A stretch of 64,000 nucleotides of DNA, from assembly GCA_963726455.1 (NCBI GenBank), contig CAVSCK010000004.1, positions 1,760,001-1,824,000 of the forward strand, in the 5' to 3' direction. Of this stretch, positions 10,563 through 23,910 are shown piece by piece. How positions within the stretch are numbered: position 1 is the stretch's first letter; each line of letters opens with the position of its first letter. The notes beneath the pieces are model-generated. The model worked only from the letters and a program-made list of their open reading frames with translations, made no database searches and was not told the DNA's origin. Position numbers and translations under genes: made by a program. This DNA comes from an uncultured bacterium. Lineage in GTDB: Bacteria > Zixibacteria > MSB-5A5 > CAIYYT01.

Positions 10563-11822
10563 GTGCCAATAAGAGGAACACTTGCTCTTCCCGGCGATAA
10601 ATCGCTGTCACATCGAGCGATCATGTTTGCCGCTCTGGTAAGAGGAACATCGAAGGTGACGAACCTTAGCAGAGGCGCGGATGTTTGCACAACCAGAGAG
10701 GTGTTCTCGAAACTCGGAACAGTTTTTCACACTGAAGGTGAAGCGCTCTTAATAGATGGCGGCGGCATCGAATCATTCTTCACAGACAACTCCCGACTTT
10801 ACTGCGGCAACTCGGGTACTACACTGAGACTGCTGCTCGGGATATTGGCAGGAAGCAGGGTCTCGTGTGAACTTTACGGCGATGAATCACTCAATCGGCG
10901 TCCCGTGAAGCGAGTGATCGACCCGCTCACGCTGATGGGCGGCGATCTGCATTCGGTTGACGGAAGTGATCGACCGCCGGTGCGCGTAAGGGGAGCGTCG
11001 CTGCACGGAATTGATTATGAGTCGCCGGTGGCGTCGGCGCAGGTGAAGTCCGCAGTCCTGTTGGCTGCAATCAACGCGTCAGGCGTCACGCATTACCGCG
11101 AACCGGCCAAATCGCGCGATCACACCGAACGATTCCTTGAATGGCAAGGTTACCCCATTGCGGTAGCTGGAACCGAGATCACGATGGCGCCCGGGGGAAT
11201 TTTGACGCCATTTGAATATAAAGTGCCGGGCGACATTTCCACGGCGGCATTCTACATCGTGGCCGCCTTACTCACTGCGGGCAGCGAGCTATTGCTGCAG
11301 AACGTCCTGCTCAATCCAACCCGCACCGGCGCACTGGAAATTCTGGAAAAGATGGGCGCCGAAGTCAAGTACGAGAATTGTCAGGTGCGAAGCGGTGAAC
11401 CGGTTGGTGACGTGCTGGTGAATCACTCGCCCTTGATCGGACGGGACGCTACCGGAATTGATACGGCACGTTTCGTTGATGAAGTCCCCATACTTGCAGT
11501 GGCAGCAATGTTTGCGCAGGGCACGACCGTCTTCCACAATATTGGCGAATTGCGCGTCAAAGAATCTGATCGCGCGCAAGGTATAGTTGACGTGCTGGCA
11601 TGTTATGGCTGCAAGTCCGAGATTCAAGGAGACAAATTGGTCATCGAAGGAGGAGTAGACGCCAGGCAGAAAGCTCCATCGCACCAGAATGATCACAGAT
11701 TGGCAATGATGATCGAAATCATCGAGCTGGTTCGCAGGGGGCAGGTGTCCGGCGAATACCGCAACACGATCGCAATTTCAGCTCCGGAGTTTTACGATAA
11801 TCTTAAGAGAATAATTCATTAG
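10563..11822 (+). CDS. aroA: 3-phosphoshikimate 1-carboxyvinyltransferase (EPSP synthase)
   Basis: PGDKSLSHRA, GNSGTT, SAQVKSA, RDHTE, ELRVKESDR, DHRLAM. Confidence 0.95.
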   Translation: MPIRGTLALPGDKSLSHRAIMFAALVRGTSKVTNLSRGADVCTTREVFSKLGTVFHTEGEALLIDGGGIESFFTDNSRLYCGNSGTTLRLLLGILAGSRVSCELYGDESLNRRPVKRVIDPLTLMGGDLHSVDGSDRPPVRVRGASLHGIDYESPVASAQVKSAVLLAAINASGVTHYREPAKSRDHTERFLEWQGYPIAVAGTEITMAPGGILTPFEYKVPGDISTAAFYIVAALLTAGSELLLQNVLLNPTRTGALEILEKMGAEVKYENCQVRSGEPVGDVLVNHSPLIGRDATGIDTARFVDEVPILAVAAMFAQGTTVFHNIGELRVKESDRAQGIVDVLACYGCKSEIQGDKLVIEGGVDARQKAPSHQNDHRLAMMIEIIELVRRGQVSGEYRNTIAISAPEFYDNLKRIIH

Positions 11823-11863
11823 GTCATGAGGACTTCTGACTAGAGTCAACGAAGGAAGACGCC

Positions 11864-12760
11864 ATGCAATACTTGTATATCAATGGGAAATATCGGTCTA
11901 CCGCCCTTGACAACATTTCGACGATGGTGCAGGCGTTCAACTACGGAACGGCCGCGTTTGAAGGCATGAAGGCATTCTACAATCCTGCAACCCGGAAATC
12001 TTATGTATTCAGGCCAGATCAGCATTTTCAGCGGCTCACCAAGAGCGCGGAGATGATTGACATCGAATTGAAACTGACATTGGATCAGTTTGTGGGTGCG
12101 ATTGCGACATTGATCCGAAAGAACAAGATTGCGGATGACACTTACATCAGGCCCATCGTCTATCGTGATTTCAAGGGAGTGGGCCTGTCCAAACCATCTG
12201 GCTACGGCGTCTCCATCTTTACGCAGCCGTCTCCGCACTCATCCGGCAACCGCCTGCGCGCTTGTTTTGTATCACAGCGGCGACCGGTGGACGGCACATT
12301 CTCCGTAAAATTGACCGGAAATTATCTGCTATCATATTTTGCCTATCGCGAAGCCAACCGAAAAGGATATGACGTGGGCATTCTGCAATCCTCTGACGGA
12401 TACCTCTCGGAAGCCACGGTTATGAATCTGTTCCTTGTTCGTAAAGGGCAGCTCTTAACTCCATCTACGGATTGCGGCGCGTTATCGGGCATTACTCGCC
12501 TAAGCGTAATGCAAGTTGCGAAGGGACATCTTGGTCTGCGAGTGTCCGAAGGCAAGTACCGCAAGGAAAGTTTGCTCGATGCCGATGAGGCGTTTCTAAC
12601 CGGCACCGGTTCGGGGGTCAATTTCATTGCACAGATCGAAAAGAAGAAGCTCGGCGGGTCGGGAAAGAATGGTGTTTCAGCCCAAGTCGCCGCGACGTAC
12701 GAGGACTTGGTGCGCGGCCGGCTCAGCGAATATTCCGACTGGCTGGTGCCCCTCAAATAG
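11864..12760 (+). CDS. ilvE: Class IV PLP aminotransferase (IlvE-like), probably the aromatic aminotransferase of this operon
   Basis: YGTAAFEGMKA, YIRP, K.TGNY, LSGITR, EAFLTGT. Confidence 0.8.
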   Translation: MQYLYINGKYRSTALDNISTMVQAFNYGTAAFEGMKAFYNPATRKSYVFRPDQHFQRLTKSAEMIDIELKLTLDQFVGAIATLIRKNKIADDTYIRPIVYRDFKGVGLSKPSGYGVSIFTQPSPHSSGNRLRACFVSQRRPVDGTFSVKLTGNYLLSYFAYREANRKGYDVGILQSSDGYLSEATVMNLFLVRKGQLLTPSTDCGALSGITRLSVMQVAKGHLGLRVSEGKYRKESLLDADEAFLTGTGSGVNFIAQIEKKKLGGSGKNGVSAQVAATYEDLVRGRLSEYSDWLVPLK

Positions 12761-12930
12761 CGCCCGTCGCGGGCAATTGCATCTCCCAGATTCCTTCAGA
12801 TTCCCGCCACAGAACTCCAAATTCTGTTGCGATTCTTCGTATTCTAACTGGAAATGGTGGGCACAAATGGTGAGAAAGTCCTTTGCTGAATCTAGGAAAT
12901 CGTAGCAATTAATCTTAAGAGGATCGGGGC

Positions 12931-15342
12931 GTGGATAGTTATCGCGGTGATCGTTTAGCATTCGGACAACCGGGAATTGAGCCACGTTGGACGCGTGGAA
13001 ACAAGGATGGGGTCGGCACCGCCTATTCGGCGGCCAGCCGGATCTGGTTTACCTTGTGGAATGGAATCTTGACGGAGGTTTACTATCCGACAGTCGATCG
13101 GCCGCAGTTGCGCGATATGCAGTATCTCATCAGTGATGGCGAGAGCTTCTTTCACGACGAAAATCGCCATCTGGTCACGGAAATGGAACCGCTGTCTCCA
13201 CTGGCTCTGGGATATCGAATTATCAACACCGACAAACGCGGCCGTTATTCCATCACGAAAGAAGTGATCGCCGATCCTCACCTTTCCTGCATTCTGCAGA
13301 GGACCCATCTGTCAGGAGATGAAGACTTCCTGTCGCGACTTCACCTCTATGTACTATGTGCCCCACATTTGAATGTCGGCGGAGCAAACAATAACGCCTA
13401 CGTGATTGAAGTCTCTGGAAGAGAAATTCTCATCGCCGAAAAGCAAGGCACCTGGATGGCATTAATGGCGTCCATTCCGTTTTGCCGGCTGTCTGTCGGC
13501 TACGTCGGCCGCAGTGACGGTTGGACTGATATTGCCCGCAACTATCACTTGGATTGGGAATTTGACCAGGCCACCAACGGTAACGTAGCACTGACCGGCG
13601 AGATTCCGCTGGATGGCCAACGGGAATTCACGCTGGGTCTGGCATTGGGCGAAAGTCTGCACAGCGCCGTGACTACACTGTTCCAGTCCTTGGGAGTTCC
13701 GTTCGAGACTCAGATGACGCGTTACGTTGAGCAGTGGAGCCGTCCCTGGCGCAATATCCAGCCACTGGAAAAAGTGTCCGGTGACGAAGGCCGCTTGTAT
13801 CGCAAGAGCTACACTCTTCTTATGTCCCACGAAGACAAGACGTATCCCGGAGCTTTGATTGCATCTATGTCGATACCCTGGGGGGAGGCCAAGGGCGATG
13901 AAGACATGGGCGGCTATCACCTTGTCTGGACGAGGGATATTGTCAACAGCGCTACCGGCTTACTCGCTGCCGGAAATAAGGAGACACCTCTGCGAGTCCT
14001 GATTTATCTCGCAGCCAGCCAGCAGGAGGATGGCGGTTACCCCCAAAATTTCTGGATCGACGGACAGCCATACTGGAGCGGCGTCCAACTTGATGAGGTT
14101 TCCTTTCCGATCTTGTTAGCGTGGCGATTGCGCAGAGAAAACGCCCTTCAGGACTTCGATCCTCTGACCATGGTTCTACGTGCAGCCGGGTATATCATAA
14201 AACATGGCCCGGCTACTCAGCAGGAACGCTGGGAAGAAGCGAGCGGCTATTCGCCGTCTACACTGGCAGCCAATATTGCCGCCTTGATCGCGGCAGCTCA
14301 TTTCGCCGAGGAACGCAAGGAATTGTCCACTGCTCTGTATCTCAAAGAATATGCCGACTTCCTGGAGCAGCGTCTCGAAAAGTGGACGGTAACGACCGAA
14401 GGCGTGCTGCATCCCGCCATTAGCAGGCACTACATCAGAATCAAACCGGTTGACGTAGACGATCCCTTTCCGGATGAAGATCCGAATCATGGGATGCTGA
14501 CTATTCCCAACCTCAAGCCCGGCGCCGACAATCATTTCTCTGCCAAGGATATCGTTGATGCCGGCTTCCTGGAATTTGTCCGCTACGGAATCCGCAGACC
14601 GGATGATCCACTAATAGTAGATTCGCTGAAAGTGGTCGATTCGGTTCTGAAAGTTGAGACACCGGCGGGACCGTGCTGGCATCGGTACAATCACGACGGC
14701 TTTGGTCAATGTGAAGATGGGGGGCCTTATCATGGCTGGGGAAAGGGTCGCGCCTGGCCATTACTAACAGGTGAGCGCGGACATTATGAACTGGCAGCGG
14801 GCGGAGATGTAAACCTGTACTTGCGCACTATCAATCGCCTCGCGTCACCGGCGGGACTTCTTCCCGAACAGGTTTGGGATGAACCGGATCGCCCAAAGAT
14901 CCACATGTATTTTGGCAAACCAACCGGTGCTGCCATGCCGCTCATGTGGGCGCACGCCGAGTACATCAAACTATTGCGATCGGCATTTGACGGGGTGGTC
15001 TTCGACTACATTCCGGAGGTCGGCGATCGCTACCGCACTCGCTCGGGCTGCAAGTCGATCGAAATCTGGAAGCATAATCGGCAGGTGACACAGGTTGTTA
15101 CGGGATCAACCTTGCGCATTCAGGCCACGGGCGCATTCCGTCTTCACTGGACAGCAGACGAATGGCAGACTGTCCAGAACACTGATTCAACCTCCGTTGC
15201 TCTCGGCATCGACTACGTGGATGTACCGATCCGCCCCGATCAGCGCGCGCCTATCCGATTCACGTTCCTGTGGTTAACGGACATTCGCTGGGAAGGGCGT
15301 GACTACAGAGTCAACGTCACACTAAAGCCCCACGGGGACTAA
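12931..15342 (+). CDS. Glucoamylase/glucodextranase, glycoside hydrolase family 15
   Basis: AFGQPGIEPRW, GGYHLVWTRD, QLDE, QERWEE, GRAWPLLTGERGHY, LPEQVWD, PLMWAHAEY; no signal peptide. Confidence 0.92.
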   Translation: MDSYRGDRLAFGQPGIEPRWTRGNKDGVGTAYSAASRIWFTLWNGILTEVYYPTVDRPQLRDMQYLISDGESFFHDENRHLVTEMEPLSPLALGYRIINTDKRGRYSITKEVIADPHLSCILQRTHLSGDEDFLSRLHLYVLCAPHLNVGGANNNAYVIEVSGREILIAEKQGTWMALMASIPFCRLSVGYVGRSDGWTDIARNYHLDWEFDQATNGNVALTGEIPLDGQREFTLGLALGESLHSAVTTLFQSLGVPFETQMTRYVEQWSRPWRNIQPLEKVSGDEGRLYRKSYTLLMSHEDKTYPGALIASMSIPWGEAKGDEDMGGYHLVWTRDIVNSATGLLAAGNKETPLRVLIYLAASQQEDGGYPQNFWIDGQPYWSGVQLDEVSFPILLAWRLRRENALQDFDPLTMVLRAAGYIIKHGPATQQERWEEASGYSPSTLAANIAALIAAAHFAEERKELSTALYLKEYADFLEQRLEKWTVTTEGVLHPAISRHYIRIKPVDVDDPFPDEDPNHGMLTIPNLKPGADNHFSAKDIVDAGFLEFVRYGIRRPDDPLIVDSLKVVDSVLKVETPAGPCWHRYNHDGFGQCEDGGPYHGWGKGRAWPLLTGERGHYELAAGGDVNLYLRTINRLASPAGLLPEQVWDEPDRPKIHMYFGKPTGAAMPLMWAHAEYIKLLRSAFDGVVFDYIPEVGDRYRTRSGCKSIEIWKHNRQVTQVVTGSTLRIQATGAFRLHWTADEWQTVQNTDSTSVALGIDYVDVPIRPDQRAPIRFTFLWLTDIRWEGRDYRVNVTLKPHGD

Positions 15343-15456
15343 AAGTTTTGCAGATTCCAAGAGTCCTTCGTAATGTTAACTTGTGCAGCGCTTTCTATAA
15401 ATGTAAAATTGAAGTCTGCTAAAGTCGGACGAGACAGAAGACGGAACTTACTTTGA

Positions 15457-17115
<1,659 letters not shown>

Positions 17116-17172
17116 CGTGCGTTTAAGATACACAGTCCTCACTCACGTACATTATGCTGAAAGGGAAATCAA

Positions 17173-19272
17173 ATGAACGTATCCGAAGATCCAGTCCCTG
17201 CTGCTACTGATACAGCTAAGCCAGCCGCTTCACCGTCGAATTCGAGAATCCCGAAACATCCCAGCCAGTCCGACCTTGACGAATTATGCATAAATACTAT
17301 CCGTTGCCTGTCGATGGACGCCGTCCAAAAAGCGAAGTCCGGACATCCCGGCATGCCGATGGGGATGGCGCCCGCGGCTTACGTTCTGTGGACCAAGCAC
17401 CTGAGATTCAATCCGCAACATCCCAAATGGGTCAATCGTGATCGCTTTGTCCTGTCGGCCGGACACGGATGCATGCTGCTGTATTCGTTGTTGCACTTGA
17501 CCGGATACGATCTGTCGCTCGACGAAATCAAGAATTTCCGTCAGTGGGGCAGCAAGACACCGGGACATCCGGAATACGGACACACTCCGGGAGTCGAGGT
17601 CACAACCGGGCCGTTAGGGCAAGGCATATCAAATTCTGTCGGCATGGCCATCGCCGAAAAGTATCTCGCCTCTTATTTCGATCGCGATCAATTCCCAATT
17701 ATAGATTACCGTATCTATGTGATTGCCGGGGACGGTGACTTGGAAGAGGGCGTGGCCTCAGAAGCTTGTTCGCTTGCGGGACACCTCGGCCTCAACAATC
17801 TCGTCGTGATCTATGATGACAACCACATCACGATCGATGGCAACACTTCCCTCTCTTTTGGAGAAGACGTTGCCAGGAGGTTTGAGGCCTACGGCTGGTT
17901 TGTGCAAACTGTCGGGGGCGACGGCAACGATATTGCGGCAATTGACAAAGCAATAGTCGCCGCGAAAAATGAAAAGAATCGTCCTTCTCTCATCAAGTTG
18001 CGCACTCACATTGCCTATGGCAGCCCCAACAAGCAGGACACCAAAGATGCTCACGGCTCGCCGCTGGGAGACGAGGAGATCGCGCTAACGAAGAAACGAT
18101 ACGGTTGGGATCCTGAGAAGAAATTCTATGTACCCGAAGAAGCGCTCAAGGCGTTCAAAGTTGCCGTTGACAGAGGCGCCCTACTGGAAAAATCATGGAA
18201 AGAGCTTTTCGAGAAATTTGCAGCAACTTATGCCGATCTTTCACGCGAATTCCGAAATGCAGCCGCGCGGAAACTTCCCGACAATTGGCAGCAGGTCTGG
18301 ACGGAATCTGCTCCGAAATTCGACCCTGCTACATCAATTGCGACTCGTGAAGCCCAGGGCAAAATTCTGGACGCGATCATGCCCAAGCTGCCGCTCGTTG
18401 TTGGCGGATCGGGAGATCTGACACCGTCCAACAATACATTCTTCAAAGGTGCAATAATTTTCGACGCCGGCAATCGCGCCGGACGATACATCCACTACGG
18501 AGTGCGAGAGCATGGAATGGGCGCCATCCTCAACGGTATAGCCGTGAGTGATATGCTGATTCCGTACGGTGGTACCTTCTTCTGTTTCTCCGACTACATG
18601 CGCCCGTCGATTCGGTTGGCAGCGTTATCGAGATATCCGACGATCTTTATCTATACTCATGACAGCATCGGCCTTGGCGAGGACGGACCCACGCATCAAG
18701 CAGTTGAGCATCTGGCGGCACTGCGCGCAATACCGGGATTAGTCATACTTCGCCCCGCAGATGCCAATGAAACGGCATTCGCCTGGAAATATGCCCTTGA
18801 ACATCGAAACGGTCCGACTGTTATGGCCCTGACCAGGCAGAAACTTCCGGTTCTCGATCAGACACGTTATTCTTCCGCAGCCAACGTGGAAAGAGGTGGG
18901 TACGTACTCACTCAGACTGCAAATCCTCAAGTGCTGCTGATCGCCACCGGATCTGAAGTACATCTGGCACTACGCGCATTCGAAAAGCTCACTGCGGAAG
19001 GAGTTCGTGCCTCAGTTGTAAGCATACCTTCGTGGGAATTGTTCGAAATGCAGTCGCAGGAATATCGTGATAGCGTTCTACCCCCTTCTGTCACTGCAAG
19101 AGTGGCGATTGAGGCGGGCGTGAAACTTGGCTGGGAGCGCTACCTGGGTCCTAAAGGCGAGTTTGTGGGCATGAAATCCTTCGGCGCTTCTGCACCTGCT
19201 GACGTTGCGTTTCGGGAATTTGGCTTTACGGTCGAAAACGTGCTCGCGGCAGTCAAAAGGACCATGGGATGA
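17173..19272 (+). CDS. tkt: Transketolase
   Basis: [50 protein letters not shown]. Confidence 0.97.
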   Translation: MNVSEDPVPAATDTAKPAASPSNSRIPKHPSQSDLDELCINTIRCLSMDAVQKAKSGHPGMPMGMAPAAYVLWTKHLRFNPQHPKWVNRDRFVLSAGHGCMLLYSLLHLTGYDLSLDEIKNFRQWGSKTPGHPEYGHTPGVEVTTGPLGQGISNSVGMAIAEKYLASYFDRDQFPIIDYRIYVIAGDGDLEEGVASEACSLAGHLGLNNLVVIYDDNHITIDGNTSLSFGEDVARRFEAYGWFVQTVGGDGNDIAAIDKAIVAAKNEKNRPSLIKLRTHIAYGSPNKQDTKDAHGSPLGDEEIALTKKRYGWDPEKKFYVPEEALKAFKVAVDRGALLEKSWKELFEKFAATYADLSREFRNAAARKLPDNWQQVWTESAPKFDPATSIATREAQGKILDAIMPKLPLVVGGSGDLTPSNNTFFKGAIIFDAGNRAGRYIHYGVREHGMGAILNGIAVSDMLIPYGGTFFCFSDYMRPSIRLAALSRYPTIFIYTHDSIGLGEDGPTHQAVEHLAALRAIPGLVILRPADANETAFAWKYALEHRNGPTVMALTRQKLPVLDQTRYSSAANVERGGYVLTQTANPQVLLIATGSEVHLALRAFEKLTAEGVRASVVSIPSWELFEMQSQEYRDSVLPPSVTARVAIEAGVKLGWERYLGPKGEFVGMKSFGASAPADVAFREFGFTVENVLAAVKRTMG

Positions 19273-19718
19273 AGGTGGCGATTGCCTGCGACCATGCCGG
19301 CTTCGCGTTGAAGCAGGAATTGGCGGTGGCTCTGCAACAGGACGGGCATGAGGTGCATGACTTGGGCGCTTATGACACACGACCCTCAGATTACCCCGAT
19401 TACGCCCGCGCCATCGGCAAGGCGGTAGTGTCCGGCCAGGCAGAACGCGGTATTCTAGTGTGCGGCAGCGGCATTGGTGCATCGGTTGCCGCCAATAAGA
19501 TCAAGGGCATCCGCGCCGGTTTGGCACATGATACATATTCGGCGCACCAAGGCGTTGAACACGACAATGCCAACGTATTATGTCTTGGTTCGCGCGTCAT
19601 CGGTACGGCCCTCGCCCTCGAAATTGCGCGGGCATTCCTAAAAGCAACTTTTTCGAACGAGGAGCGGCACATTCGACGTCTCCAGAAGGTTCTAGATATA
19701 GAGAAACAGCAGAGCTGA
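19269..19718 (+). CDS. rpiB: Ribose-5-phosphate isomerase B
   Basis: [33 protein letters not shown]. Confidence 0.95.
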   Translation: MKVAIACDHAGFALKQELAVALQQDGHEVHDLGAYDTRPSDYPDYARAIGKAVVSGQAERGILVCGSGIGASVAANKIKGIRAGLAHDTYSAHQGVEHDNANVLCLGSRVIGTALALEIARAFLKATFSNEERHIRRLQKVLDIEKQQS

Positions 19719-19730
19719 GGAGAATCGATA

Positions 19731-20864
19731 ATGAATGCAATACAACAGCTTGACAAATTTGGCCAGAGCATCTGGTTTGACAACATCAGCCGGAAGTTGA
19801 TCAGCAGTGGCAAGTTAAAGGAAATGGTTGGCGAGGGCCTGCAGGGCGTCACCTCAAATCCGACGATTTTTGACAAAGCTATTGCCGGCACCAGCGACTA
19901 CGACGACCAGATTCGCGAATTGACGGATGCGCATCCTGATATGGCTACCGCGGATATCCTGAGGGAACTCATGATATCCGATATAAAGACGGCCGCAGAT
20001 GTGTTGCGTCCCGTATATGATCACACAAATGGGCGCGATGGGTACATCAGTATCGAGGTCAATCCGCACAGCGCACATGATACACGGGCAACGGAAGAGG
20101 AAGTGCGCTATTTCTGGAATCGCATCACCCGACCCAATCTCATGGTCAAGATCCCGGCGACCAAAGAAGGTCTGCCCGCGATCGAACAGATGACTTCTGA
20201 AGGAATCAACATCAATGTGACCCTCATATTTTCGCAGGAACGTTATTGCGAAGTCGTGGACGCTTATTTGCGCGGAATTGAAGCCCGGCTAACAAATGGA
20301 AACCGAGTCAATCAAGTTACTTCGGTTGCCAGTGTTTTCGTTAGCCGTGTTGACACGCTCGTGGATAGTCTGCTGGAAAAGAAGATCCAGGAGGCAACCG
20401 ATTCGAAAACGGGAGACGAACTGCGGAAGCTGCTCGGAACTGCCGCGGTTGCAAACGCGAAATTGATCTATCAATCATTCAAGGAGATATTCGGTACACC
20501 CCGGTTTGTATCGCTGCAAAAGAGAGGGGCAAGAATTCAGCGTCCTCTGTGGGGCAGCACCGGGACCAAGAACCCGGCTTATAGTGAATTGAAATACGTC
20601 GAGAATCTTGTCGGTGCGCAGACTGTCAACACGGTCCCGCCACAAACATACGCCGCGATGCTCGACCACCTCACTCCTACGTTGACGATCGAGAGCGATC
20701 TCGACACTGCAAAGGCGTTGCTGCAAGAACTTTCAAAGCACGGCATCGACTTGGGATGGGTGATGCAGAAACTGGAGGATGACGGTGTCGCAGCTTTCGA
20801 GAAATCATTCGACGATCTGTTGGGAAGTCTTGCCGGTAAGCAAGTGACATTGCTTCACGCTTGA
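19731..20864 (+). CDS. tal: Transaldolase (mycobacterial/plant type)
   Basis: GQSIWFDN, GVTSNPTIF, KIPAT, NVTLIFS, SVASVFVSRVD, QRPLWGSTG. Confidence 0.95.
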   Translation: MNAIQQLDKFGQSIWFDNISRKLISSGKLKEMVGEGLQGVTSNPTIFDKAIAGTSDYDDQIRELTDAHPDMATADILRELMISDIKTAADVLRPVYDHTNGRDGYISIEVNPHSAHDTRATEEEVRYFWNRITRPNLMVKIPATKEGLPAIEQMTSEGININVTLIFSQERYCEVVDAYLRGIEARLTNGNRVNQVTSVASVFVSRVDTLVDSLLEKKIQEATDSKTGDELRKLLGTAAVANAKLIYQSFKEIFGTPRFVSLQKRGARIQRPLWGSTGTKNPAYSELKYVENLVGAQTVNTVPPQTYAAMLDHLTPTLTIESDLDTAKALLQELSKHGIDLGWVMQKLEDDGVAAFEKSFDDLLGSLAGKQVTLLHA

Positions 20865-20903
20865 CGACCGATAACCTTTCGTGTTGAACTTATAGAGGGG
20901 ACT

Positions 20904-21515
20904 TTGGCTAAGATCACAACCATGTTTTGGGATATCGGTGGTGTGATTCTGACCAACGGCTGGGAGTTGGAATCCCGACGGGCAGCGGCGTCGCGTTTTG
21001 GCCTGAACTGGGAGGAATTTGAGGACCGGCACGGGCTGGTGGTCGACGACTTCGAAACGGGTCGAATCACACTGGCCGAATACCTGGACCGCACGATCTT
21101 CTACCGGCAACGGGAATTCACCGCGGAAGAAGTCAAGTTGTTCATGTTCGAACAATCACAGGCAAATGTCGAGACACTTTCGATTCTGGCGAAACTGTCA
21201 AACAGTGGCGATTACTTTCTGGCGGCACTAAATAATGAAGCACTCGAACTAAACCTGTATCGAATTGAGAATTTCGGACTTCGCAACTACTTTGCCGACT
21301 TCTTTAGTTCATGCTTTCTTGGCGTCAGAAAACCGAATCGCGCCATATATGATATTGCCTTGCAGGTCACGCAACGTCGTCCCGAGGAATGTCTTTACAT
21401 CGACGACCGGCTGCTCAATCTCGAATGCGTCAAGCATCTGGGCATGGCAACGATTCATTATCAAAACCCGCAACAGTTAGCGGCGGAAATGCACGAGTAT
21501 GTTGCGTTTGAATAG
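20904..21515 (+). CDS. HAD-superfamily phosphatase (YihX-like)
   Basis: WDIGGV motif I, RKP, YIDD motif IV; TTG start. Confidence 0.85.
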   Translation: MAKITTMFWDIGGVILTNGWELESRRAAASRFGLNWEEFEDRHGLVVDDFETGRITLAEYLDRTIFYRQREFTAEEVKLFMFEQSQANVETLSILAKLSNSGDYFLAALNNEALELNLYRIENFGLRNYFADFFSSCFLGVRKPNRAIYDIALQVTQRRPEECLYIDDRLLNLECVKHLGMATIHYQNPQQLAAEMHEYVAFE

Positions 21516-21540
21516 AAGATTCAAAGGAGGAAGCTGAATT

Positions 21541-22449
21541 ATGGAGCTTGGGATGATCGGTTTGGGCCGAATGGGTGCCAACATGGTGTTGCGATTATTG
21601 AGTGGTAAACACAAGGTGGTGGCATACAATCGCAGTCCTGACGCGGTGCAGCGGGTTGTCGACAAGGGAGCAACTAGCGCCAAGTCGTTACAGGATCTGG
21701 TCGGACAATTGGCTTCCCCGCGAATCTTGTGGCTGATGATACCGTCCGGCGCGCCAGTTGATGACGCGTTGGCGCAATTGGTAACAATGGTCTCGCGCGG
21801 TGACATAATCATTGATGGCGGAAATTCCTATTACCGAGATTCATTGCGTCGGGCAAAGATGCTCAAAGAAAAGGGAATCGACTACGTGGACGTGGGCACC
21901 AGCGGCGGCATCTGGGGACTGACCGAGGGGTACAGCATGATGGTCGGTGGCGACGCACAAATCGTCGACCGCCTGCGGCCGATCTTCGAAACACTTGCTC
22001 CGGCGCCCGACAAGGGCTGGGGACGCGTCGGGCCGGTCGGCTCAGGCCATTTCGTCAAGATGGTACACAACGGAATCGAGTACGGCATGATGCAGGCCTA
22101 TGCCGAAGGTTTTGCGCTGATGAAACAGAAAAAGGAATTCGCTCTTGACCTCCACCAGGTGTCCGAAATCTGGCGCAGCGGCAGCGTAGTGCGGTCGTGG
22201 TTGTTGGACCTGACGGCAGAGGCATTGCAGGAAAATCCCGATCTGAAAGATATCGCTCCGTTTGTGGCCGATTCCGGCGAAGGTCGCTGGACTGTCTCGG
22301 AGGCGATTGATCTCGATGTGCCGGCGCCGATTATTACGCTATCGTTACTGGAACGCCTACGCTCCCGTGTCGATGATTCGTTTGGAGACAAACTGCTTGC
22401 GGCCATGAGGCAGAAATTCGGCGGCCACGCCGTCAAGCGGAAGGAGTAG
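21541..22449 (+). CDS. gnd: 6-phosphogluconate dehydrogenase, short (YqeC-type) form
   Basis: GLGRMG, IDGGNS, GTSGG, GHFVKMVHNGIEYG, DSGEGRWT, FGGH. Confidence 0.95.
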   Translation: MELGMIGLGRMGANMVLRLLSGKHKVVAYNRSPDAVQRVVDKGATSAKSLQDLVGQLASPRILWLMIPSGAPVDDALAQLVTMVSRGDIIIDGGNSYYRDSLRRAKMLKEKGIDYVDVGTSGGIWGLTEGYSMMVGGDAQIVDRLRPIFETLAPAPDKGWGRVGPVGSGHFVKMVHNGIEYGMMQAYAEGFALMKQKKEFALDLHQVSEIWRSGSVVRSWLLDLTAEALQENPDLKDIAPFVADSGEGRWTVSEAIDLDVPAPIITLSLLERLRSRVDDSFGDKLLAAMRQKFGGHAVKRKE

Positions 22450-22451
22450 CC

Positions 22452-23910
22452 GTGCCTACAGGTCAAGTTGAACCTCATCTGTTCGTAATCTTCGGAGCCA
22501 CCGGCGACTTAATGAAGCGCAAGCTGCTCCCGGCGATTTACCAATTAACTGCCGAAGGATTTCTCCGTGACAATTGCTACATCCTGGGAGTGTCGACTCA
22601 GTCGGGACTGACGGATGATGGCTTTCGCAAGTGGGCAAACCAGGCCTTGATCGACGCCGGAATAAAGACTGAGGATCTCGAAAAATGGTGTACCAATTGC
22701 CTCTATTACCAGCCCGTCGCCGACGAATTCGACGTCCTCGCGCGTCGCATCTCCGAAATCGAGGCGCAGAATGATCTTCCCGGCAACCGGATCTTCTACT
22801 TGGCTTTGCCGCCGGCAGTATTTCCCTCGACAATCACCGCACTGGGCCAATGTAAACTCAACCACTCCTCGGGTTGGACGAAACTCATCATCGAAAAGCC
22901 GTTTGGCCGTGATCTCACCTCGGCTCAGAAGCTGAATGCCCTGGTTCACCAGTATTTCGACGAGAGCCAGATCTACCGAATTGATCACTACCTCGGAAAG
23001 GAAACGGTGCAGAATCTCCTGGCCTTTCGATTTGCGAATTCGATTTTCGAATCGCTTTGGAATCGCGATCGCGTGGAGAGCGTCAAGATTACAGTCGCTG
23101 AAGAGCTAGGTGTTGAACACCGGGGTGCCTACTATGAACAAGCCGGCGCACTGCGTGACATGGTACAAAATCATCTCACACAGTTGCTCACACTTGACCG
23201 CAATGGAAGTGCCGAGTTCGTTCAATGCCGATTCGATCCGTTACGAGAAGGTCAAAGTTCTGCGCTCGATAAGGCCGATTCGAATCTCCGACGTTGTCTT
23301 CGGGCAGTACGCGCAGGGTCACATCGACGGTCAATTGGTGCCCGGATACTTGGAGGAGCCGCGCGTCTCCGCGACTTCTACGACAGAGACTTACCTGGCA
23401 ATGCGCGTGGAAATCGACAACTGGCGTTGGCAAGGCGTTCCCTTCTACCTGCGAACCGGCAAGAGATTACCACGCCGGTTGACGCAGATTGAGGTCACAT
23501 TCCGTCACCCGCCTGTTTCAATCTTTCATCCGGTCGAAACCGGAGATCCACATCCAAACGTCCTGAAAGTGATTCTTCAGCCGGACGAAGGTTTCGAGTT
23601 GTCGTTCCAGGTTAAAGCTCCCGGGCAGGGGATCAATTTGGAGACACAGCGGATGCATTTTCGTTACGCAGAAGTGTTCGGCCCGCTTCCTGAGGCATAT
23701 CGAACGCTGCTGCGAGATATCGTCATCGGTGACCAAACTTTGTTTGTCCATGCCGACGAAGTCGAGACATCTTGGCAACTCTATACGCCATTGCTCGAAT
23801 CACAGCATTCGGTCTATCCGTACGAGGCAGGAACCTGGGGGCCCGAGGAAGCCGACAGACTCTTGGAGGAGATTCACGGAACGTGGAAAAACGCAAACTC
23901 CGGGAAGTGA
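22452..23910 (+). pseudogene. zwf: Glucose-6-phosphate dehydrogenase with one +1 frameshift near 23194 (possibly a sequencing error)
   Basis: GATGDL, EKPFG, RIDHYLGKE, RDMVQNHL in one frame; continues TAMEVP...DNWRWQGVPFYLRTGK in another. Span 1459 nt = 3n+1. Confidence 0.85.
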
